Positions 54,301 through 64,000 of a stretch of 64,000 nucleotides of DNA are shown here, piece by piece. The notes beneath the pieces were generated by a model. That model saw only the letters and a program-made list of their open reading frames with translations. It ran no database searches and was not told the DNA's origin. Every line of letters starts with the position of its first letter. The first letter of the stretch is position 1. Both the position numbers and the translations under genes were made by a program. Source of the stretch: Lama glama (taxonomy: Eukaryota); assembly GCA_028534125.1 (NCBI GenBank), contig CM052818.1:27778001-27842000 (forward strand), given 5' to 3'.

Positions 54301-55249
54301 GAGCAAAAAGTAGTAACTTTATAGTGGAGAATCTTAGTAGACACTTCTTTAAGCTAAGTAATTAATGTTAGTATCATTAGTAATAGGTATCAACATCATG
54401 TACCCCTTGAAAAGGTCCCTTCACCCTGTGGTATCCTTACTTATAATGGATAACCTCAATTTCATTATGAGAAACTCAAATTGAGGGAAATTGTACAAAA
54501 TACGTGACCAGTATACCTCAAAAGCACCAAGGTCATGAAAAGACTCTTAAAGATTAGAGGAGACTTAGAAGACATGACAGCTGAGTGCAGTGTGGAATCC
54601 TGGAACAGAAGACTTGGATGGAGAAACTGGTGAAATCTGATTACATTCTGTACCTTAGTTGTATGTTATTATACCAAATTTCATTTCTTAGTTTTGATAA
54701 CTGTTCTATAGTTATGTAAATATTAACATAGGGGAAATTAGGTGAAGGGTATATGGAAGCTCTCTGGACTCTTTTTTTCAACTCTTTTTAAGTCTGAAAT
54801 AGTATCAGAAGAAAATTTTAAATCAAACAGCAACAGCCAAAACCACAGACTCATTTCCAAGTCTCTCCTCTGTAAGAGTTAGCTCATTTTCCTGGTCTCT
54901 GTGCAAATGATTTCTCTAATGTACCTGACTGTGGGACATTTTGAGGATGTCCATAGTTTCTTTTGAGGAAAGTAGCTAAAAGGAGTTCTCTGAGTTGAAG
55001 ATTGATATAGTTTGGGTTCATTTGACACATGACTTTGTAAACATCCTAAAAAATGTAAACGAATTGTTTTCTATCTTTCTAATTAGGCAGAACATTTCCC
55101 CTCCCCTTTGGCACTTAATGATGCTTCTCTATAGGAAATTTATAGGCATTTACACCATGAGTTCAATGATGTCTTGGTTTCCAGTAGTGTCCATCTGAAT
55201 ATCTACTTTTAGAGAAATGTTTGGTTATGTAAATAATAACATAAAGTTT

Positions 55250-55388
55250 TATTTATTTATTTATTGGTGTGTTGGGGCAGGTATTTAGGTTCATTTATTT
55301 ATTTTTAGAGGAGGTACTGGGGATTGAATCCAGGATCTTGTGTGTGCTAAGCATGAGCTCTACCATTTGAGCTATACCTTCCCCCCCA
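55250..55388 (-). mobile_element. tRNA-derived SINE (vic-1-like)
   Basis: gaggtactggggattgaatccaggatcttgtgtgtgctaagcatgagctctaccatttgagctataccttccccc. Flanks share ataaagt. Confidence 0.88.
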
Positions 55389-56016
55389 GATAAAGTATTT
55401 TGTAGAAAGAAGCTCTAATATGTTAAGTTTCACATACCAAGGAGCAAAAGGATTAAGTATACCAAAAGAAGCAGGAAATTGTTAGTTATACCCCTGAAAT
55501 CAAATTACATAGACAGTTGTGTACTCTACTTAGCTGTCTGTGTTGAGTTTAGATAGTCTTTATAATTTTTAACAATTCTAAAATACATTTTATGGTTTTA
55601 AGAACAAAAATACCTTAACTTCAGAAACTCAGTTCAGCACATTATCTTTCTATCCACGCTATATTGATCTATGAGAGCTATTGAGACAACACTCTTGATA
55701 GTTCTAACAGAATACATCAGAAAGCTCACATTGCCAAATCAGAATAGCAAAGAAGAACACAGATCAAGTGAAATTAATAAAGCAACTGAATAACAGTGAA
55801 TGTAGCCCACAGGTAAACTTCCTTCTGGACTGAAAACAGAAGCACTTCATAAACATTTTTAACAGTGCCCTTGAGTAAACTGTATTTGATTCACAAGGTT
55901 ACATCTTCAGAAATGTTATTTAAGGATGCACCATGTTTATTCATTTTTGTGTTTTCTCTGTCATTCTCAGTAGTGTCAACTAATGATCAAATGTGTCTAT
56001 TATCTTTTTGTTGTAG

Positions 56017-56035
56017 CTGCTCTTATTTCAGGGAA
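56017..56035 (+). other. Candidate 19-nt micro-exon
   Basis: ttatctttttgttgtag|CTGCTCTTATTTCAGGGAA|gtaaaa (moderate donor). Confidence 0.3.
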
Positions 56036-56576
56036 GTAAAAATACTGTACTGAAGTTAGAGATAAATTTTTACCCCATGTTACAAAGCCATAAACTGCCT
56101 GTTTATTTAGTGATTCTCACTGATGATAAATATGGTGTTCTGTTGAGTGTTGGTAGCAATGCTTCCTTTGTCTTTAAAGGCATGCATGCAGTAATAATGG
56201 TACTTTGTGTTTAGAAGTGTTTTCTCTTGAAGAACTCAGTTCTCCTTGAAGAGAGACCTACCCTGGTACTATAGAATAAGCATGCTATGTTAACTTCCCA
56301 AGGCCACTGGGGGACAATTTAAAGAACTGCAAACTTAATGGCAAATGTAATGCTAAGTGGAATATCCTGCTGTCCTTTAAGGAGATCATTGGGCTCCTGT
56401 TTCTGGTGACCAGGGTTGGAATACCTCCTATGTTTGTTTCATGGCACTGAAGGCTGGTTTTTCTATTACTGCAAAGTGGGAGGGCAGGTACACCTAAAAG
56501 AGCATAGAAAGGGAAAGGTTCCTTTCCCAGGTTATTTATTTACTTATTTTACTACTTACTGACTTTAAAATTAGAC

Positions 56577-56608
56577 AATAAAGCTGAAAGCCTACTTTCA
56601 GCTTTATT
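56577..56608. repeat. Perfect 14-bp inverted repeat with 4-nt loop
   Basis: aataaagctgaaag-ccta-ctttcagctttatt. Confidence 0.9.
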
Positions 56609-58893
56609 TTACTTAACCAGTTCTTAAAAAGTAATTTATAGAGGCTTATCTAAGTATTCCACAAGAATATTATAGGAATCTAGGATAGGGTACTATTTTG
56701 TAAACTACCAAGCAAAATTCAAATGCAGGGTATAATTACTTATTACTAATATATTATTACTTATAACAGTTGGAATTCAATCTTCAGGCACCTGGTAGCC
56801 ATAGGTATATGTACATAATAAAAAAAAATCCTAAGTCTAAGTTACACTTTCCTGTGACTATGATTTACTCTCGTACAATTCTTTTTAAAAACTTTTTCAC
56901 ATTTTAATGCAATACAGATACTGATCCAAAGGAACGAGGCTGAAATAGTAGAATTTCATGTAGGATGAGGCATCTTCTAAAGATGGGACATAATGTTTTT
57001 CTCCATGTCTCTGAACCAGGTTTAATTTATAACATTAACAATTGTCAAATATTTTGGGGGAAGAACTGCAGGTACCTAAATGTGCTAGGGTTGTTTCAAA
57101 TTAACTTGGCTTTGATACATTTTTAAGGCACTTTGTGATGATTGGAAAAATATTGAGTTGGCATAAAACAATGTCTTAGAAACAACTTAGGAATTTGGGA
57201 GATGACATCTGTTGTGTAATTTATACTCACATGTCTGTGACCATGGAGTTATTAATGGGGTTATAAATTCCTCATTTTACTGATGAAACAGTTGGGGCCA
57301 GAGAGGTGGGGTAACTTTTTCAAAATGACAGAGAACCCAGTGGAGGAGCTAAGACAGGACACTAATGCCATGAACACTGTTTCTCCAGGAGGCTAAAAGG
57401 GGTGACGGGGGCAGACCCATGTTCCAATCAGAGAAATTCTGTTTTATTTCATTTTGATTTTTTCATTTTTTAATTTGAGGGTTCCCAATGAGATTTTGTT
57501 TGAGGAAAGTGAAAGGGTTCAAATGCAAATATTTGTCAAACCAAATTATTAGACTGAGTGTACAGTCCTTGTTCCTAGTCATACCCATGCCTCCCTTTAT
57601 AGATGTATTCAGTGATTCAGTTAAAAACAAAATAAGCCAACAGCATTAGGGAAGTTAGTTGAAAGCAGTGGCTTTCAAAAATGTTTAAACTACAGCCCAC
57701 AAAAGGAAATGCTGTAGAATCAAGATTACCCAATATAAAAATACTAACATGTAATAGAAATAAAAGTACTACAGAGCAAAGACTATGAATTCTGGTATTT
57801 TTATTCTGTTTTATTGAATTAAACATTGGCTTTATGATCTAGTTTGGAAAATACAAAGAAGGATCATTTAAACAAATTTTTTTCAACTCCCATTGTGTTT
57901 ATTTCATTCATATGTTATGATAAAAGAGTAAAATATTCTAGATTTAAAACTGATAGATGATACTAGCTAATGGTAAAACTTAGGGACTTAATCACCATTT
58001 GTAGAATTAATCTTTAGTATGAATTATTTGAAGCTCCACTGTACTAGAAGTTGTCTTATGTTTGAATTTTCAAACTTGACTTTACTGACAATGGCATTGA
58101 TAACATGTGTTAGGTTAGGGTAAATGACATTTAGGATGGGAATCATTTCTCTCTGCAGTTTTAACCATTTTCTTCCAAAATTATCAAGCACCCAGGAGGA
58201 GGCTTAGAGAAAAAATAAAATAAATATCTCTATGATTAACATTGTGAAGACCAAGCTGAGACTTCCTGGATAGCTGTTAAATGGCCCATGAAGAGTTGTT
58301 GGTGATGGTTTCCTATGTTCCCCCACCTCTTTTTGCTTTCTTCATTTAGTTTTCTCAAGTTTTCTCCTGTATCCTTTTATCATTTCCTTTTTTACTGTCT
58401 CTTGAGTGCACCTTAGGCTTAGATATAATTGCAACTTTATGTGCTTTTAAAAGGCAACTGAGTCTAAAATGCTGGAGAGACTGTAAGGGGTCCACTATCA
58501 AATCTCAGGGAGAAGGCTGTAAGTTGTTCAGTTTTCATTAGGAAATCATGTGCCTTTTTCATGCCTTTATTGTTGCACTTACCAGTTATCACTTCTTGTC
58601 TTGTATTATAAATAATTGGTTGTCTGTTTTCATCCTCTCTAAATATGTAAATGAATGATGAGCAGAAATTGAATATTTTTGGATTCAACAGAGGTTCAAT
58701 ATTATACACTTTAATTAAATGAACAAAACTGAAGATGACAAATATTTAGCAAGCTAGCTACCATTCTTTTATACTGGGCTCTAGGCAGACATCCCACAGC
58801 ACAGACCTCCTTTCAGCTGGGCTGGGGCTCAACCTTAGCCTCCCTAACCTCACATTTCAGAAGATGTGATTAATTTATTAGACTTGGCATTCT

Positions 58894-59034
58894 TTTTTTA
58901 AAATTTAATTAATTAATTAATTTGGGGGAGTAATTATGTTTACTTAATTATTTTTAGAGGAGGTATTGGGGATTGAACCGAGGACCTTGTGTATGCTAAG
59001 CATATGCTCTATAGTTTGAGCTATACCCTGCCCC
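58894..59034 (-). mobile_element. tRNA-derived SINE (vic-1-like), 16-bp TSD
   Basis: Same family body. TSD ttagacttggcattct at 58878-58893 and 59035-59050. Confidence 0.9.
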
Positions 59035-59364
59035 TTAGACTTGGCATTCTAAATAAAACATGACTGCCATCCTTCTCTTAACTGAGATGAATTCAGGTAT
59101 TAAAAATTACTTTACTCTGTAGCTCTGGTCTACATTGAGGAAATTGCCAAAGATACAAGTGAGTTGCAGCCAAAATGAGAAAACTGCTGGTGGTGGCATC
59201 TTTTGGCTCTCTTTCGCTTTCTCTCCTATCATAAACTAGATCCTGCTTTCCTCCTTTTATCTTTATTAATAATCAAAATATAAAAAGTCCTTTTCTGGAA
59301 GTATTGTCTTTGGGAGTCTATCATACCTCCGATTCAAAGGCAAAACTTCCCTTTAAAGCCTTAC

Positions 59365-59457
59365 CTGAAGCTTGCTTGCTATTAATTTGCCATCATCTGT
59401 CCTTATGTCCCAGAGGGCAGTCAGTTTCCCAGGCATCCCAGAAATCAGCATCCAAAT
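59365..59457 (-). pseudogene. Decayed exon A2 (acceptor AG lost)
   Basis: Strong donor CAG|gtaagg. 93 nt open frame IWMLISGMPGKLTALWDIRTDDGKLIASKLQ. Preceded by the pyrimidine tract tttttctcctctcaca with no AG, so the start is inferred. Confidence 0.55.
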
Positions 59458-60720
59458 TGTGAGAGGAGAAAAATCTCAAAATTATATTCTATGGTCGTAC
59501 CTGAACCCATCTTCCATGAAGAGGAGTGAGACCTCACAATAGGCTTAGACCAGTCAGCAGATTCAGTCCCTCCAATTATTGTTGGAAGCTAATCCCTGAA
59601 AATCTTGGCCATTTGGAGGGGAGTGAACAAAATGGGGTTTAGTTAGAAGGAAGAAGAGGGGGAGATTAGATAAGCAGTGGACAGAGTCTGTTACATGGCA
59701 GCGATGTGACCATGAAGATTTTGATGGTGTGGAGTCAATTATTGAATGTATTTTGAGAGCATCATATCCTCAGTCCTATATTTTGCCATCCCTTGTGGAA
59801 TGAAAAAGAAACTTGATCATCTCTTAGGCCCAATTTTCAGGGATTCTATTTGTGGCTTAATAGCCTATTGATAGGGACTTGCACATGAATTTTACTATGT
59901 TTGTATTTGATGGTGTTGATGTGAGAATCATTTTCTGTAATACAGGAAATTACATAGGGACTCTTTTCCTGAGAGTTAGGCTCTAGTCTAAATAGCCTTT
60001 ATTTTTTTTCAGATGAGAAATAGTTTTGAAGATGAAATAGTTGATCATTATAGGAGCTCTAGATATGAAACTGATCATGTTATATCAAATATAATAGAAA
60101 ACTCCATTACACAGTAATATCTTCAGTAATACAACTAGGTGATAGATTTAGTATTTGTAAAGACTAATTATAGCATATTTAAACTTACACTGAATAGTAT
60201 ATCTACACCATCTTTATCTACTTAAATTGTGCACAATCTGTATTAAGTTCTGTTTGGCAATTTTTACTAAAATGTTGTCATTGCAGTTCTGTGCCTTGTC
60301 ATATTTTAATCTACTTTTGGGTACATTCAGGAAATTGCTTTGGAGTGTGGTAATATGCCTATAGAACCCCATTACAATGATTTGCAAATAATGTCACTAC
60401 CACTATTGCAGTCTCCACTTGGCAAAGTATCTTACCTAGGAAATCTCTCTTAAGGCAAGCAATAAACAATTTCATTAGAAATAGTTTTTTTTTTTAATGG
60501 TACATTTCACAGTTATTCCCGGGCTTTTTGTCATCTTTGTAAATTTGCAAGAACCTGAATGATCAGTTGTCTTCAATTATTTTGTGTCCTCTATAGTATG
60601 ACTGAGTCTTTCTAAGCATCAAAACCTGGCCCATCATGGGACAGGTTTGGATAGCCTTACTATAATAGTCTTCTGTCTACCCATTCAACATAAACTTAGA
60701 AGGTCAAATGAATTACTTAC

Positions 60721-61106
60721 CACATTCCTTATAAACTTTCTGTGGCCTCCATATGAGGCTGAACCAGGGGCCCACTGGATAGAATGACTTGCGAAAAAGC
60801 CATTTTGGATTTTTAGAACTAAAAGAAGGGGGAGAATCTGCATCATTTGAGCTTCGAAGACTAGATTCACATCCATCTGTGATGAGTTTGTGGTGTGAGT
60901 GGGAGGCTGAGGGGAAACAGCCTGCTTTTTCTTCTCTTGTATTCACGTGGAACCATCCATGTTTGCGCCTCCCAGACAACGTGAAAATATCTCCAGCTAG
61001 TGGAATAGCAGCCTCTTTCCTACTGTCTTTGACTTTTCATTCAGCTGTTTTTGAAATGACTCTTTAAAAAGTGAAAGATTATAAAGGAAAGCAGGCTGCC
61101 AAGTAC
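60721..61106 (-). pseudogene. Decayed exon A of minus-strand multi-exon pseudogene
   Basis: Minus: gctgctttctttcag|GTACTT...GAATGTG|gtaagt. 386 nt, phase 1 to 0. Reads TWQPAFLYNLSLFKESFQKQLNEK...LFH*LEIF...GST*IQEKK...HSIQWAPGSASYGGHRKFIRNV (2 stops in 128 codons). Includes ORF-track 60685..60876. The 5' boundary may lie further upstream. Confidence 0.6.
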
Positions 61107-62659
61107 CTGAAAGAAAGCAGCTTTTCGAGCTGAGCTTATATTATAAGCTTATAAACAAGGGCTCAGGCTTCAACAGAAAAAGGAAGGATAAAAGGGCCAA
61201 GGAATTCCTCTGTCCTCTGTACTAAGAGGATGTAGCTTCCTTGTTAAAGGAAAAAATGAATAGAAAGAACCTCTCTTGGCTTCAAATTGTGCAGAGAAGA
61301 AGGAAGATGAACTTTCAGACATATGTGAAGAGTAGAGTATTTTCTCCAGCATGATTGCTTTAGACTGTGTGAAGCCACCGTTCTCTGAGCCATCCTGCAT
61401 ACCATATCAAGGGCAAGACTAAGGAGAAAAGGGAAGGTCACATGTGTGGGCTTTTCTTATAATTGTTCCTAGGTTCCCAGTCAATCCAAATTTGGAGATG
61501 AGAAAGACATTTCTCAATGCACCCATGCGTGTCAGCTCGTTTCTTGCTATCCCCTTTCTATCTGATACAGCTGTACTTCCACCTTTGTTTCTCATTGTGC
61601 CCTTCAAGTTAACTTTGCATATAGAATAGATGCTATTCTGCCGAATGCTAGCCTTTCCCAGCATTCAGCCCAAGGTTTCAGTATTGCTTAGAGCATGAAT
61701 GAAGGACATCTTGGTATGATGAGAGAAGCTCTGTGAACAGTTACAGCTCCATTTTCTGACACTTCTGCTTCAGGAAGACTATTTTACATCTCCCCAAAGT
61801 ACCCTTGTATAGTCACTTCCAACCTTGGAGCATCTTCCTCACATAAGTCAGAATTATTTTGCTCTACCCACCTTCAGTATTTTATCTTGGTTCTCACAGA
61901 CAGTTAGGTTCCATTTGAATATATTATTCACATGTTGTGTTCCTCCTAGCAAGGCAGAAATTGTTGGGATACTATTCTCGAACCATTAGGAAAGATTTCT
62001 CTCATTCTGATATTCATCACTACCTTTATTATTACCACAATAGCAAGGCATAATCTTGCCCAAAAGGGACATTATTATTTTACATTTATAACTGGAAATA
62101 CCTGTCATATGAAATGCTGAAGGCATCCTTTAATTATTGTTGTTTCTTTCTGATAAGCAAGAAAGCGAGACCGTATGATTGATACCTGTGTCTGTGCCAC
62201 ATGACCATTTTAATTATGTGAAAAATGGTTCTAGTTTAAATTAGTGGGTATCTGGCATAATTCAGGCTTTGTTAAGAACAAATACCTCTGGCAACCCCAC
62301 TGCCACAACAATTTACATTTCAATTAGTTTTATGACTAGTTTTTCCAAATAAGAAGTACTAGAAAGGAACAACAGCAAATTCTGAGAAGCAGCAATTTAA
62401 ACTTTTTACTTCCATTATGACTATTTTTAAACTTAAGCAGCCAACCTACAGGATGGTTAGGGACATTACTAGGAAGTACTTATCTGAGTGAGGGCTTCTG
62501 AAAAGAGGGATTCATAATTTATGAATAAGAGAGCAAAGAATATCATGGATATGGATAATATGTATTACCCAGAGATGATAAACTCTGTTTGCAAACTCTG
62601 TATTCTCCTAAAATATCTTCTCAACTGAAAGGCAATGCTCATATCACACACAATGTGCA

Positions 62660-62875
62660 GATGTTTTGGGTATGGAATTAAGAGGTGCAGTATAACTGCT
62701 ATGCTGCTATGTATAAAATAGGTAAGCAACAAGGGTATACTATATAGCATAGAGAATTTTAACTGTTAACTTTTAGTAACTCTTAATGGAGTATAATCTG
62801 TAGAAATAATGAATTGTGCTGTACACTTGAAATGAATATAATATTGTATTCAATTATACTTCAATTAAAAAAAGA
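62660..62875 (+). mobile_element. L1 3'UTR fragment
   Basis: Similar to 51130-51335 (aacaagggtatactatatagcatagaga...gctgtacacttgaaa...tatacttcaattaaaaaaa). Confidence 0.8.
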
Positions 62876-63397
62876 TATTTTGCTAATTTGGGGAAATTCC
62901 AATGAATTTTTTTGTTGAGACTTGATCTATATGTCACACATTTTACTTCTAACTAGTACTCTTAAATGACTGATTTGTCATGTTGAGTTGAAACCAAAAT
63001 ATTTTTTTAAGATACAAGTTGAATATCATTTCAGTTACTTCCCCATTGTCTTAAATGTATAAATTTGGAGCATCAGTTGCCAACATTAATCATGACCATT
63101 ATGAATTGCTCCAAATATTTCTTGCATTTTTAACATGCGTTTGCCTAATGCCAGTCCCTGCCACGTGACATGGCTTGAAAATATGTAGGAGAGTTTAGGT
63201 GGAATGTAAGAAAAAACCCTGCTATTTGTTCATTTTTGAACCAGTATGTTAGGAGGTGGTGAGAGCTGTAGGAGGTGGTAAGGACTGTGGCAGGAGGGAT
63301 AGGTTCATGCTGCTAAATGTTTAATTTCATGTCTATGAAGAACAGGTGCACAAGGGGAAGGACTAACTTATCTGCTCTCACTTCATTGATTTTTCAG

Positions 63398-63485
63398 TGA
63401 ATAGACCATGAACTGTTTCCAGCTCATTCATAACATCTGTGTCACCCGTCACCTCACCTGTCATAAGGACATAAAAGTGAATGAA
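63398..63485 (+). other. Candidate 88-nt exon
   Basis: Branch-like gactaac at 63361-63367, acceptor ttgatttttcag, donor GAA|gtaagt. Stops in all three frames within the first 14 nt, then ATG 63408 MNCFQLIHNICVTRHLTCHKDIKVNE open to the donor. Confidence 0.45.
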
Positions 63486-63730
63486 GTAAGTGCTCTTTTT
63501 TTTTGTTTTTGTTGAGTAGAGCTTGTCATTTGCTGCCTGTCAAACTGTGAGTTGAAACTCTGGGAAGCTCTGGGTTCTCTGAGTTCGGTGACTGGCTTAT
63601 GTGTTTGTTCAGCTGCTGTAGATTGCCTTGTTACCAAGTAAATGCATTGATTTTAAATCTTAAAAAAGAAAAGTAACCAACCTCTGGAATAGATCAGTTT
63701 ATTTAAAAAGCTTTCTTCCTTTAACCACAG

Positions 63731-63750
63731 GCCTGGACATTTTCTTGAAA
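63731..63750 (+). other. Candidate exon start (3' end uncertain)
   Basis: ctttcttcctttaaccacag|GCCTGGACATTTTCTTGAAA followed by only a weak gtgaac. Confidence 0.3.
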
Positions 63751-64000
63751 GTGAACTGTATAACTCTTTTTAAATACAGGGGGTTTTGTGTGTGTGGGGG
63801 CGGCTATTTTTCAGCCTTGAAGATGATGTTGTCATTAAGAATGTCTAGAGAATGGTTGTCAAAGAATTAATTATGGAAGGTTTTCTGGAGAATACAGTAT
63901 ATATGTTTAATGTTACAACAGTGTTTCCCAGACTAAGTTTCCTGTATCACAGTGTTCCTCAGGAGTTAATAAGGTGTTCAGAAACTTGAAGGAGAAGCCA

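Larger units (their letters stand above)
48880..54830 (+). mobile_element. Old L1 (ORF2 EN/RT remnants and 3' region) hosting a younger L1
   Basis: ORF-track 51358..51540 EELINTINQINLIDIFRTL is L1 endonuclease-like. aaaactccaggttcaaatgggttcact near 52370 is RT-like. Confidence 0.8.

Noticed and set aside
1..64000. Prokaryote-type systems (CRISPR arrays, operons, defence islands)
   Set aside because: The sequence is mammalian, with no repeat-spacer arrays or dense ORFs.

Overview
AT-rich, CpG-poor mammalian genomic DNA, most likely a camelid: four copies of a tRNA-derived SINE match the vic-1 type as I recall it. Roughly half the window is interspersed repeat (old and younger L1, L2, MIR, MaLR/ERVL/ERV1 LTRs, hAT MERs). 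No intact long ORF is present. The ORF-track entries are repeat-derived, chance, or pieces of decayed exons. Reading splice signals in the unique sequence shows two interleaved, antiparallel gene-like structures. (1) Minus strand: about 11 exon-like blocks (61106 down to 498, about 3.6 kb or 1200 codons) with largely compatible intron phases but scattered stop codons. This looks like an unprocessed, probably unitary, pseudogene of a protein I cannot name. (2) Plus strand: a chain of 8-22 nt micro-exon candidates separated mostly by multi-kb introns, plus an 88-nt exon near the window end. Neither gene is identified. Repeat family names are from memory of consensus sequences, not from a search.
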